Origin: Alphaproteobacteria bacterium
GTDB taxonomy: Bacteria; Pseudomonadota; Alphaproteobacteria; UBA6615
Direction: 5' to 3'
Assembly (NCBI GenBank): GCA_049601915.1
Contig: JBMYRB010000001.1
Coordinates: 330,662-394,661, forward strand
Length of the DNA: 64,000 nt
Below the pieces are notes generated by a model that saw only the letters and a program-made list of their open reading frames with translations, was not told the origin of the DNA and searched no databases. The position numbers and the translations under genes were made by a program. Shown here one piece after another: positions 19,267-28,004 of the stretch (position 1 is its first letter; each line of letters opens with the position of its first letter).

Positions 19267-20331
19267 TTAGACCGCAACGGCGGCCGGTGTCGTTGGCGCC
19301 CAGTCGGCGCGAACACGCGTGATGGTGTCGGGATCGAGGTAATCGGCGACGCGGCCGGCCACATGGGCGACGAGCGCATCTTCGCTGAGTTCGGCCGACC
19401 AGTTCTCGGTGGACTTATTTTCTTTCGGTTCGCTCGCCGCGGTCTCGCCTGACTCGACCCGCCATTTGGCACACCAGGTCACGGACCAGAGCCACATCAT
19501 CCGGCGCAACGGCAGCAGCCAGGGCGCGGTCGCCGCCGCGAGATCACCGGGCACCGCATCGAGCCACGCCTGATGAAATGCGCTCACCTGGCCGCGATCC
19601 AGCACGGCGTGGCTGTCCACATCCCAAGTGGTCGAGGTGTAGAGGGTGGCGTGCGCCAGATCGAAGGCCGCCGCGCCATAGCGCGCCTTCTCCAGATCGA
19701 CTAGGACCGCGCGGCCATCAGACGTCATCAGGTAGTTACCCGGATGGGCGTCGAACGCGATGAGTGTCCGGGGCGGGCGGGCATCCCGCGCCAGGGTCGC
19801 GCCAGCCGCCTGCAGTTCCTCGCGAATCTGGGCTTCGGCATCCGGGTGCAAATCCGCCGCCGCGACATAGGCCGCCTGGGTCATGATCTCCATGAACGTA
19901 TCGGCCATCGGATCGACCGGGTCCTTCAGGGGCGCGCGTTCGTTGGCATCCGGCAACGGCAGCGCATGGATCGCGGCCAGGCATGCCGCCATCGCCGCCA
20001 AATCATTCGGCAACGACAATGCCCGGCCGTCGATCAGGTCGACGATCAGCGCGCCCATGGGAAACTGGTCATCCGGCGTCAGTTTTTCACGCAGGTTCGG
20101 CACATGCCCGCTGGCCGACGCACGTGCGAAACAGGCGGCCTGATAGTCGAGATTCTCCGCCGCCGCGAGGCCGAGCTGGCTCTGCTTGGGCACCCGCGCG
20201 AGTGTACCCGTGTCGCCGATCCGGACATGGTCATGGGCGAGGCCCGTATCCGGCAATGGGTGCAAATCCGTGACCGGCACGCCGAGGCGCGCAGCCAGCG
20301 CCGCGCACACGACTTCTATGCGGCTGCTCAT
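19267..20331 (-). CDS. Phosphotransferase (APH/choline-kinase-like) family kinase
   Basis: ATG at 20331 overlaps the radical-SAM stop (ATGA). Catalytic-loop-like LIAFDAHPGNYL and Mg-binding LVDLEKARYG are present. Confidence 0.75.
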   Translation of the reverse strand: MSSRIEVVCAALAARLGVPVTDLHPLPDTGLAHDHVRIGDTGTLARVPKQSQLGLAAAENLDYQAACFARASASGHVPNLREKLTPDDQFPMGALIVDLIDGRALSLPNDLAAMAACLAAIHALPLPDANERAPLKDPVDPMADTFMEIMTQAAYVAAADLHPDAEAQIREELQAAGATLARDARPPRTLIAFDAHPGNYLMTSDGRAVLVDLEKARYGAAAFDLAHATLYTSTTWDVDSHAVLDRGQVSAFHQAWLDAVPGDLAAATAPWLLPLRRMMWLWSVTWCAKWRVESGETAASEPKENKSTENWSAELSEDALVAHVAGRVADYLDPDTITRVRADWAPTTPAAVAV

Positions 20332-21368
20332 GCGGCCGTCCGCCGGCTCAGGCGCGCCTGGCGCAGCCCCTCGATGAGCGGGCCCAGCACCTGCTCGTGG
20401 AACCGGTCGCAGCCGATACAAAGATTGCGGTAGGTCTCGCCCGAAGGCGTCCTGGTTTCGCTGTTCTGCCGGAACGTATCTTCGTCCCAGCCAAAGGCCA
20501 GGCCCATGCGTTCGGGCGCGCCGTCGTTCAGCGCCTCGAACGCCGGATGGCCGACGAGGCTGTCCAGAATCTCCGTGAGCGGCTCCTCGGTCAGGTTGCC
20601 GAGCGGCGCCTTGGTCTTGAGGCAGCAGGGATAGACGTTGCCGTTGGGCTCGATCGAGACCTCGGAGCCGAGCTTTACGTGGTTCATGAAATTGAGCCCG
20701 CCCGACCAGCGGTTGCAGAAATTATCGTCGAGGGTGGCGCCGGAAAGCTCATTGTCCCAGGCCCGCCCGCGCGGCCAGATCGGCCCGATCCACTCTTCCG
20801 GGTTCGCCCCCATGAAGGAATAGACCGGCGGCTCGGTGCCCCGCCCGTCGGTGCCGTCATGGCGCCGACCCGTCGGTAACAAGCCTGCCGCCTCAACCAG
20901 GCCCGTCAGATGTTCCATCAGGGGCACGCGCTTGTCGCCTTCATGGCCGACGTGGAAGTCGTCCATGCCCGTGATCGAGAGTTGCCACATGCCGTGGGCC
21001 AGCAGCTCGTCGAGAATTTCCGCGGTCACCAGGTCGCCCGTCGTCTGCACCACCACCCGCACCCCGCCCGCGTCGGCGTATTTGTCACGCAGCATGTCCA
21101 TCACCGGATAGAGCACCGGCTCGCGAATCTCGTCGAGCAGCACCTCGCCCCCCGACAGGATGACACGCCCGGGCTTCTCGGGGCCGCCGTCGCTCTCGCG
21201 ATAGGTCATGCGATCGGGCAGATTGGCCACGATCCGCGCATGATTCTCTACCGCCTCATTAACCACGGCGTCGCGTTCGTCGCGCACATAGGGGCGAAAG
21301 CGCGTGTCGTAGCAATGCGCACAGCGCCGGTGACAGAGCCACGAGATGACGTAGTAGATCGATTCCAT
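20328..21368 (-). CDS. Radical SAM / Cys-rich domain protein (TIGR04167-like, ArsS-type)
   Basis: CxxxCxxC motif (CHRRCAHCY) near the N-terminus. C-terminal Cys-rich segment reads VYPCCLKT...NLCIGCDRFH. It lies adjacent to the DUF2064 and GT2 genes. Confidence 0.75.
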   Translation of the reverse strand: MESIYYVISWLCHRRCAHCYDTRFRPYVRDERDAVVNEAVENHARIVANLPDRMTYRESDGGPEKPGRVILSGGEVLLDEIREPVLYPVMDMLRDKYADAGGVRVVVQTTGDLVTAEILDELLAHGMWQLSITGMDDFHVGHEGDKRVPLMEHLTGLVEAAGLLPTGRRHDGTDGRGTEPPVYSFMGANPEEWIGPIWPRGRAWDNELSGATLDDNFCNRWSGGLNFMNHVKLGSEVSIEPNGNVYPCCLKTKAPLGNLTEEPLTEILDSLVGHPAFEALNDGAPERMGLAFGWDEDTFRQNSETRTPSGETYRNLCIGCDRFHEQVLGPLIEGLRQARLSRRTAA

Positions 21369-21450
21369 GCTTTCCCCGCTGGGACCGCGATTGTAGCGGT
21401 CACCATGTCATACGGAACAGTCCGGAAGTCACGTCACGGTTTGTTGACAA

Positions 21451-22062
21451 CTATTCCCGGCGGCGGCGCTGGCGCCACGCGGTCCAGGCCGCACCATCGT
21501 CCACATCATCGAGTTCGTCCAGCGTCGCCACACGGGCGTTTCCCGGCAGACCAGCCAGGGTATCGGCCAGGGCATATTCGGTGCTCCAGCGGACGTCACG
21601 AAACAATCCACGGGGTAAGGTCGGGCGGCGGCGCGCACCGACGAGCCAGTACCCGCCGTCGGCTGCCGGGCCGAACACATAATCACGGGCGCCCAGCGCA
21701 GCAAAACCATCTGCGATATGGCCACGGGTGACATCGGGGATATCCGTTCCGACGACGATCACCGGGCCCGGCGGAAGAGTTCTCATCGGCCGGGCCATGC
21801 GCACCCCCAGATCACCCTTTCCTTGCGGGATCAACCTCACGCCGGGCACAGCCGGCCACAGACCGGTGCGTGCCGCATCCACATCCGGCGTCACGGCCAG
21901 CCAGGTTTGCCAGCGGGGATCCGTGCCCAGCCGCCGTGTCAAATCGTGCAGGGTCTGGCGATAGAAGCCGAGCGCCGGGCCATCACCGATGTCCGCCGCG
22001 AGCCGCCGTTTGACTGCGCCACGCCGGGGCGCCCGGGCGAAAATGACAAGATGGGGCCTCAT
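21451..22062 (-). CDS. DUF2064 (TIGR04282-like) nucleotidyltransferase-fold protein
   Basis: The hallmark N-terminus VIFARAPRRGAVKRRLA matches the DUF2064 pattern FxKxPxxGxVKTRL. Confidence 0.75.
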   Translation of the reverse strand: MRPHLVIFARAPRRGAVKRRLAADIGDGPALGFYRQTLHDLTRRLGTDPRWQTWLAVTPDVDAARTGLWPAVPGVRLIPQGKGDLGVRMARPMRTLPPGPVIVVGTDIPDVTRGHIADGFAALGARDYVFGPAADGGYWLVGARRRPTLPRGLFRDVRWSTEYALADTLAGLPGNARVATLDELDDVDDGAAWTAWRQRRRRE

Positions 22063-22745
22063 CGATAAATCCGGTCAATCATCCGGGCCGGCATGCCCAT
22101 GAGATACAGGAACAGGCAGAACAGATTTCGCATCGGGCGCCGCCAGTAGCCGCCCTCGCGGTAGCGTTTGGCGGAGGTCAACGCCGCCGTTTCCAGGCTC
22201 ATCAGACGGCTGCGACCCATCCGCCGGGCGAGATAAACATCCTCCATCAAGGGTTGATCCGGATATCCGCCGAACGCCGTGTAGAGATCACGCGGGATCG
22301 CCAGGCCCTGATCGCCATACGGCAGGCCCAGCACCCGGCAGCGCCATGCCGCCATACGCTCAATCCGTCGCGCACCGGGCGTGTCATCGTCGAGCTGGAA
22401 ACGAAAATAGGCGGCGCGGTGGCGCTCGTTGATCATAAACGCCGCCAGTTCGACCGCCCAGCCCGCCTGTAAAACCGTGTCGGCATGCAGGAACAACAGC
22501 CAGTCGCCACGCACTTCCGCGGCCCCGGCCGCAAGCTGGGTGCCGCGGCCCCTCGGTGCCTCGATCACCCGCGCACCTTGAGATTCAGCGACCGCGACGG
22601 TGTTGTCGCCGGAGCCACCATCGACGACGAGGATATCGAGATCGAAGATCGCCCGCGCATGCTCGAGCGCCCCCAGCGCGCGCGCGAGGCTGGCCCCCGC
22701 GTTCAAAGCGGGGATGACGACACCGAGGCTCGTGTTAACCGACAC
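22059..22745 (-). CDS. Family 2 glycosyltransferase (TIGR04283-like)
   Basis: GT2 core: LGVVIPALNAG...LDILVVDGGSGDNT...GDWLLFLHADT. Start tentatively the GTG at 22745. The ATG at 22817 would overlap the upstream MFS gene by about 80 nt. Confidence 0.7.
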   Translation of the reverse strand: MSVNTSLGVVIPALNAGASLARALGALEHARAIFDLDILVVDGGSGDNTVAVAESQGARVIEAPRGRGTQLAAGAAEVRGDWLLFLHADTVLQAGWAVELAAFMINERHRAAYFRFQLDDDTPGARRIERMAAWRCRVLGLPYGDQGLAIPRDLYTAFGGYPDQPLMEDVYLARRMGRSRLMSLETAALTSAKRYREGGYWRRPMRNLFCLFLYLMGMPARMIDRIYR

Positions 22746-23901
22746 GGGCTTCTCGCCACTGCAGACCACGCAACGCCCCCAGCGCGACAATCGCCAGCGC
22801 CATCGTGACGCCTCCATAAAACATGGCCGACGCCGGGTCACCGGTCCGGTCGACGATCCAGCCCGCCAGTGCCGGACCGACGAACAGGCCGGCATGGTTC
22901 CAGGTGTGATAGAGGCCCGTGCCCGTGTTGCGATGTTCCGCCCGCACCGTCTCGACCGTCAGCGCCATCACGTTGCCGGTCGGGATGCCGATGAAAATCG
23001 CGGCCAGTATGAACAGCGCCAGCGGTGCATCGACCAGGGGTATGAGGCCGACCATCAGCGCCCCGAGCGCGAAGCAGCTCACCATGACCAAATTTGGCCG
23101 GGCCAGCTTCTCGGACATCCAGCCCCCCAGCGGAATTGCAAACATGTAGACGAAGGTGGCGTTGGCGAGCAGAAGACCTGCGGCGGCAACATCCATGCCG
23201 CGCAACACCAGCATGGCGGGCCCGAAGGACAGCACCATCAGATAACCGGCGTTGTAGAGCACCCAGATGATCCCCGCGAGAGAGACCTTGGTGGCCTCGG
23301 CCCGGGTGATTGCCAGGCGCTGTACCGGCCGCGCAGGACCACGCCCCGCCGGCCGATAAAGAATGGCGACCAGCAGCATGCCAACGAAGGAGCCGATCCC
23401 CGCCGTCAGGAACACCGCCTGCCAGCCCCAGGCTTCCGCCATGGCACCCTGGGTATAGAGGCCGATGGCGATACCGACCGGCCAGCTGTTCATCAGGACA
23501 GCCATGGCAGTGACGACCTCCCGGCCCTCGAACAGGTCGCCGACAATCTTCACCATCACGACCGTGATCACCACGCCGCCCGTCCCCGCAACGACCCGGC
23601 CCACGCCAATCAGCGCAAAATCATCGGCGAGCCACATAATGAAACCGCCGGCCGCCATCATCGCCAGGCCGAACAGGCACATGCGGCGCTCGCCGAAGCG
23701 CTGGGCGAGGAATCCCGACGGCAGGGCCGTCAGCACCCCAAGCAGGCTGAATAGGCCGATCAGGGTGCCGACCTCGGTAAAGTCGATCCCCAGATCTTCG
23801 ACCAGCAGCGGCGAGACCGACGCAACGGACTGGAAATGATAGCCGAGTGCGGAACGCGCCAGGAAAAGCGCCCCGAGCACCATCCACCGGTTGGCGGTCA
23901 T
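22735..23901 (-). CDS. MFS transporter
   Basis: Twelve TM segments. It is the first gene of the minus-strand operon. Confidence 0.8.
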   Translation of the reverse strand: MTANRWMVLGALFLARSALGYHFQSVASVSPLLVEDLGIDFTEVGTLIGLFSLLGVLTALPSGFLAQRFGERRMCLFGLAMMAAGGFIMWLADDFALIGVGRVVAGTGGVVITVVMVKIVGDLFEGREVVTAMAVLMNSWPVGIAIGLYTQGAMAEAWGWQAVFLTAGIGSFVGMLLVAILYRPAGRGPARPVQRLAITRAEATKVSLAGIIWVLYNAGYLMVLSFGPAMLVLRGMDVAAAGLLLANATFVYMFAIPLGGWMSEKLARPNLVMVSCFALGALMVGLIPLVDAPLALFILAAIFIGIPTGNVMALTVETVRAEHRNTGTGLYHTWNHAGLFVGPALAGWIVDRTGDPASAMFYGGVTMALAIVALGALRGLQWREARVG

Positions 23902-23927
23902 GCTCGTGCCTTCCCTCTAGCGCCACT

Positions 23928-24061
23928 CCCTCTCTGCCCCATGGGGGCGGAGAGGGTCGGGGTGAGGTGGGGTAGGTCCGGAAGGTAGATCAAAATAGGG
24001 CACCCACCTCTCCCGGCTCACATACGTTCGCCACCCTCTCCTCCCTCAAGGGAGGAGAGGG
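23928..24061. repeat. Two strong palindromic hairpins with related arms (CCCTCTC...GAGAGGG)
   Basis: 23928..23956: ccctctctgcccc-atg-ggggcggagaggg. 24034..24061: ccctctcctccc-tcaa-gggaggagaggg, a perfect 12-bp inverted repeat. Confidence 0.6.
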
Positions 24062-24079
24062 AATTTCGATCGTTAGGTG

Positions 24080-25450
24080 TCATTCAGCCGCCGCCTTCAT
24101 CACGCCGGCGGCATCGAGGATGCGGCGGCCGGAGTCGGCGAGCTTGCCCAGGGTCTCGCGGAGCGCCGCCTCGGGATAGACCAGCTTGCCGTCGCGCTTC
24201 TTCACCTTGCCGTTGACGAAGACCGTGTCCACATTGTGCGGTGTGGCCATGAAGACCAGCGTCTGAATGGGGTCATGCACCGGGCAGGTGTTGAGATCGT
24301 CGCCGCGGGTGAGGATCATGTCGGCCTTCTTGCCCGGCGTCAGGGAGCCGATCCTGTCGTCCATGCCCAGCGCGCGGGCATTCCCGATCGTGGCCCATTC
24401 CAGCGCCACGCGGGTTTTCAAATGTTCGGGCATGGTCTTGGTCGGGCGCGGACGCGCATCTGTGTACATCCCGCGCTCCAGCTGCAGGGAGAAACGCACG
24501 ACGGAGAACATGTCGCCGGAAATGTTCGATTCGAGATCGACGCCAAAGGACGGCGTCCCGCCTGCCGCCAATACCCGCCCGGTGGCCGGGTTGCCGTGGC
24601 CGAAGTTGCACTCGCATTCGGGCGCCACGGTGATCGAGCCGCCCCGGTCAACGATCAGCTGGATTTCCTCGTCGGAGAAATTATTGGCGTGGACGAAATC
24701 CGCATCGGGGCCGAGCAGGCCGAGTTCGTCCAGCCGGTGGATCGGCTTGTCGGCAAACAGGGGAATGCCCTGGGCGCCGGTGTGGTTGGACCAGCGCAGG
24801 CCCATATCCCTGGCCAGCCGCACGTCATGCTCGATGCAGTCCCAGACCGAGAAGCCCACGCCCTGGATGCACATGGCCATGGTGATCAGCGCATCGTCGG
24901 ACGCGAGTCGCCCCTTGCGCAGGCGCTCAACGCGCTCACGCGAATGGGGCCGCTCGTTGAACGGCGCCTCACCGGGCTTGGGGTCCGTCTTGGTCTGGCC
25001 GTGGCCGTAAATCGCGCGGATACCGGCTTCTTCCAGGCTGTCGATCGCCGCGTCCGTGTGGTCTGTCGTGGCGTTGCAATGGTGCCAGTCGAACAGCGTG
25101 GTCGTGCCGCAATTGAGCTGGTTCAGCGCGCCGCAGAGGTTGGCGAGGCGGATGTCGTCGGGAGTGAAATGGGGCACCGCCGTCGCATGCATCAGCTGGG
25201 AGTATTCGAACATCGTCCAGTCGGCGACCACGCCGCGCACGCCGGTCTGCCAAGTGTGTTCGTGCATGTTGATCATGCCCGGGCTGACGATCATGTTCAA
25301 CGCGTCGATCACCTGCGCATCGCCACCGTCGATGTTGCGGCCGACCTCGACGATCCGGTCGTCCTCAATCAGCACGTCGCCGCCGCGAATGTCGCCGATC
25401 GCATCGTCCATGGACACGACCCAGCCGCCCTTGATCAATGTGCGCGCCAT
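24080..25450 (-). CDS. Amidohydrolase, ATZ/TRZ/MtaD-like deaminase family
   Basis: ATG at 25450 follows GGGGAGAG. MARTLIKGGWVVSMDD...IVSPGMINMHEHTW carries the metal-binding HxH of the cytosine/adenosine-deaminase-like amidohydrolases. Confidence 0.8.
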   Translation of the reverse strand: MARTLIKGGWVVSMDDAIGDIRGGDVLIEDDRIVEVGRNIDGGDAQVIDALNMIVSPGMINMHEHTWQTGVRGVVADWTMFEYSQLMHATAVPHFTPDDIRLANLCGALNQLNCGTTTLFDWHHCNATTDHTDAAIDSLEEAGIRAIYGHGQTKTDPKPGEAPFNERPHSRERVERLRKGRLASDDALITMAMCIQGVGFSVWDCIEHDVRLARDMGLRWSNHTGAQGIPLFADKPIHRLDELGLLGPDADFVHANNFSDEEIQLIVDRGGSITVAPECECNFGHGNPATGRVLAAGGTPSFGVDLESNISGDMFSVVRFSLQLERGMYTDARPRPTKTMPEHLKTRVALEWATIGNARALGMDDRIGSLTPGKKADMILTRGDDLNTCPVHDPIQTLVFMATPHNVDTVFVNGKVKKRDGKLVYPEAALRETLGKLADSGRRILDAAGVMKAAAE

Positions 25451-25582
25451 GATTATCTCTCCCCGGAGACGGATGTTCTTGATTACACGGAGACTAGCGC
25501 GCCCGTGCCGCCCAAGGAAACGCCTCGAATGAGGTTCGCGTTCACAATGCGCCGTACGTCGGGTCAAGAAACGGGCTTACCG

Positions 25583-25972
25583 TTACTCCGTCTTCCAGCC
25601 GCCCTCGTTGATGTCGAAGATCACCCCGTCCGGGTCCCGGTACTTGATCTCGTAGAACGCGCCCGCGTCCTTCGCCTCGCCCATCAGCCAATTGCCGCCG
25701 GCCGCCTCGATCTCGCCCTGGGTGGCTTCCACGTCATCGACGATGAAGCCGATATGATGCACGCCGAACTTGTCCGGATCGCCGCCCGCGGCCTCCTCGG
25801 TCTTGTAGCGCAGCAGCGCCAGATTGACCGTTCCATCGGTGAGATACACCGCCGTCGCACCCGGATGGTCGTTCTCACCGACCCTGGTCATGCCCAGCGC
25901 CTTCTCATAGAACGCCGCGGCCTTCTGCGGGTCGGGCACGGACAGGGCGAAATGGCGGAGTTTGGCGGTCAT
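25583..25972 (-). CDS. VOC (glyoxalase/bleomycin-resistance) family protein
   Basis: LRHFALSVPDPQKAAAFYEKALGM. Confidence 0.75.
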   Translation of the reverse strand: MTAKLRHFALSVPDPQKAAAFYEKALGMTRVGENDHPGATAVYLTDGTVNLALLRYKTEEAAGGDPDKFGVHHIGFIVDDVEATQGEIEAAGGNWLMGEAKDAGAFYEIKYRDPDGVIFDINEGGWKTE

Positions 25973-25992
25973 TGAAAAATCCTTTTCCCCAC

Positions 25993-26076
25993 GTCATGGC
26001 CGGACTTGATCCGGCCATCTCAACACCGACCCGTCCGGGCCACGCAAGATATACCCGGATCAAGTCCGGGCATGAC
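25993..26076. repeat. Pair of inverted REP-like elements (GTCATGSCCGGA-CTTGA-TCCGGS)
   Basis: gtcatggccggacttgatccggcc at 25993.. and its inverted copy cccggatcaagtccgggcatgac at 26054..26076. Confidence 0.65.
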
Positions 26077-26084
26077 AGTTGGTG

Positions 26085-26609
26085 CTAGTTACGCGGTTTT
26101 GCGCCGATCAGCACAAACGCAATCGCCGCGTTCTTGGCCGACCGGTTGGACCAGGCGTGGTTGGTGCCGCGCTGGACCAAAACGTCTCCCGCCTTGAGCA
26201 GCGTCTCGCCCTCCTCCATGACCGCCCACATCTCTCCCTCGAGCACGATGGCGAAGTCGGTGGTCTGGGTCTCGTGCATGCCATCCGTCTCGGAATCACC
26301 GTCATGGGCCGCACCACTGCCCATCTCGTCGAAGGCCGCGCCGACATCGGCGCCCTTCCAGACCTCGTCGGGCGGGAAATCGACGACCCGGAAAATTGTC
26401 CCGTTGGGATCATGGGGCTCGATGGAGTTCTCGCGGATCGCGGTATCCGTCTCGCCGGTGTTATCGGCGGGCGCGGTCGTCTCCCAGTATTCGTGCAGGA
26501 ACAGCCCCGGCAACGGCTCGATAGTCTGGGGGGCGTCCCCGTCCTTCCAGATGATGGATTTGCCGGCTTCGTTGTGGCCCGTAACCACGCGGCGGAATGT
26601 ACGTGCCAT
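26085..26609 (-). CDS. Cupin domain protein
   Basis: ATG at 26609 follows GGAGGA. Cupin beta-barrel motifs (GETLLKAGDVLVQRGTNHAW). Confidence 0.7.
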   Translation of the reverse strand: MARTFRRVVTGHNEAGKSIIWKDGDAPQTIEPLPGLFLHEYWETTAPADNTGETDTAIRENSIEPHDPNGTIFRVVDFPPDEVWKGADVGAAFDEMGSGAAHDGDSETDGMHETQTTDFAIVLEGEMWAVMEEGETLLKAGDVLVQRGTNHAWSNRSAKNAAIAFVLIGAKPRN

Positions 26610-26773
26610 GTTGTGTGTCCTCCACTTTTTGTGCCGGACCAGCTTAGCCGGGAACGCCCGCGGGCGGAACCATGCCCCCGGCGAACGCCTGATCACCGGC
26701 AAGGAGGGTTGCACCCAAACGCGCCGGCGGCGACCATATGCCCAACAACATTCGTTCAGGGGGAACCAACACG

Positions 26774-27481
26774 ATGTCCGATCCCAACAATCCGTCCGGC
26801 GCCCTGCCCGGCGATCCGCGCTACGGCCTGTCCGAGGCCGAACTCGAGGAATATTACCGCACCAAGAGCCCCAGCTGGATCTGCAAGGGCTACTTCAAGG
26901 CAGATGGCGGCCTCGAACTGCGTGAATCGGCGATGGACGCCCACCAGGCCTATCTGCGCGCCCACCAGAACCAGATCCGCTTCTCCGGGCCCCTGCTGGC
27001 CGACGACGGCAAGACCCCGGCCGGGGCGATGGCGCTGATCGACGCGCCGGACAAGGCGGCGGCCCAGGCCTGGATGGACAATGAGGGCTATTGCCAAGCG
27101 GGCGCCTTCGGCAAGATTTCGATCACCCGCTGGTCGTCATCGATGGATCTGCGCTGGAGCGACTATCCGCGCACCGAAGGCTGGGAGCAGTTCGTGGTCA
27201 CCGCCATGGACGGCGACGATGCCGAGGCGAAGCGCGCCGCGGTCGCCGAGGCCCACCACAAGTATCAGGCCTCGGTGATGGACCGCTATGTGGCCCGCGG
27301 GCCCATGTTCAACGACAACGGCAACCAGATGATCGGCTCGATGATGATCATGGAATATCCCGACCGTGCGGCCTGCGACGAATTCTGGGCCGGCGAGCCG
27401 CTCAACTATGGCGGCGTGTTCTCAGACGTGACCATCGAACGCTGGCGCTACGGCATCACCCTGCCGGGGCCGTCCGCCTGA
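26774..27481 (+). CDS. YciI-like (DGPF) tandem-domain protein
   Basis: ATG at 26774 opens two YciI-like halves: ...MALIDAPDKAAAQAWMDNEGY... and ...MMIMEYPDRAACDEFWAGEP.... Confidence 0.65.
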   Translation: MSDPNNPSGALPGDPRYGLSEAELEEYYRTKSPSWICKGYFKADGGLELRESAMDAHQAYLRAHQNQIRFSGPLLADDGKTPAGAMALIDAPDKAAAQAWMDNEGYCQAGAFGKISITRWSSSMDLRWSDYPRTEGWEQFVVTAMDGDDAEAKRAAVAEAHHKYQASVMDRYVARGPMFNDNGNQMIGSMMIMEYPDRAACDEFWAGEPLNYGGVFSDVTIERWRYGITLPGPSA

Positions 27482-27495
27482 GGACGGCGCACACG

Positions 27496-27603
27496 GGCGG
27501 GTTTAAAACCCGCCCCTATAGCCAAATACGTCACGCCCGGACTAGATCCGGGCACCTCCTCGCGTTCGGAGACGAGATACGCGGGTCAAGCCCGCGTATG
27601 ACG
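27496..27603. repeat. Cluster of REP-like palindromic elements
   Basis: gggcgggtttaaaacccgccc is a perfect palindrome at 27496..27516. gtcacgcccggactagatccgggc (27530..27554) and the inverted copy cgcgggtcaagcccgcgtatgac (27581..27603) share the GTCAYR-stem-CTWGA-stem design with the 25993..26076 pair. Confidence 0.6.
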
Positions 27604-27699
27604 GATGGGTTCCATCTGCCGCCGGTGCGTCACCACACGATAAGTTGAGTCCCCGCCCCCGTGGGCGGTCGCTACATAAGCCTCGTTCGATGACCCGCA

Positions 27700-27855
27700 T
27701 CAGGGCTTGAGATAACGGGCGACGCGATGAGTTTCCTCGGGCCTGAGATACTTGATGTCGGGGCCGAAGATGTTCGCCAACCCCTGCATGGCGGGACTGA
27801 CAAGTTCGCGGTTTCGGGAATCGATGGGGCGGGTGAGATCGACGAGCTGGGGCAT
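27700..27855 (-). CDS. Small hypothetical protein (51 aa)
   Basis: ATG at 27855 is preceded by AGGAGGA. Sequence: MPQLVDLTRPIDSRNRELVSPAMQGLANIFGPDIKYLRPEETHRVARYLKP. No recognizable domain. Confidence 0.45.
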   Translation of the reverse strand: MPQLVDLTRPIDSRNRELVSPAMQGLANIFGPDIKYLRPEETHRVARYLKP

Positions 27856-28004
27856 TTTTGGTGTCCTCCTGTTTGCCGGATACACTAGCCCAGGTTGAGA
27901 ATCCATTCCCGGGTCTTCTCGCCGCACATACGCGGATCATATCGGGTTTGCGCGACTGATCCACGGTTCGTACAAAAGATCAACACGAACAGGAGAGACC
28001 CGCC

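Noticed and set aside
24077-25975. 632-aa plus-strand ORF
   Set aside because: It lies entirely antisense to the amidohydrolase and VOC genes, which have clear homology and RBSs. It is a typical spurious long ORF in high-GC DNA.
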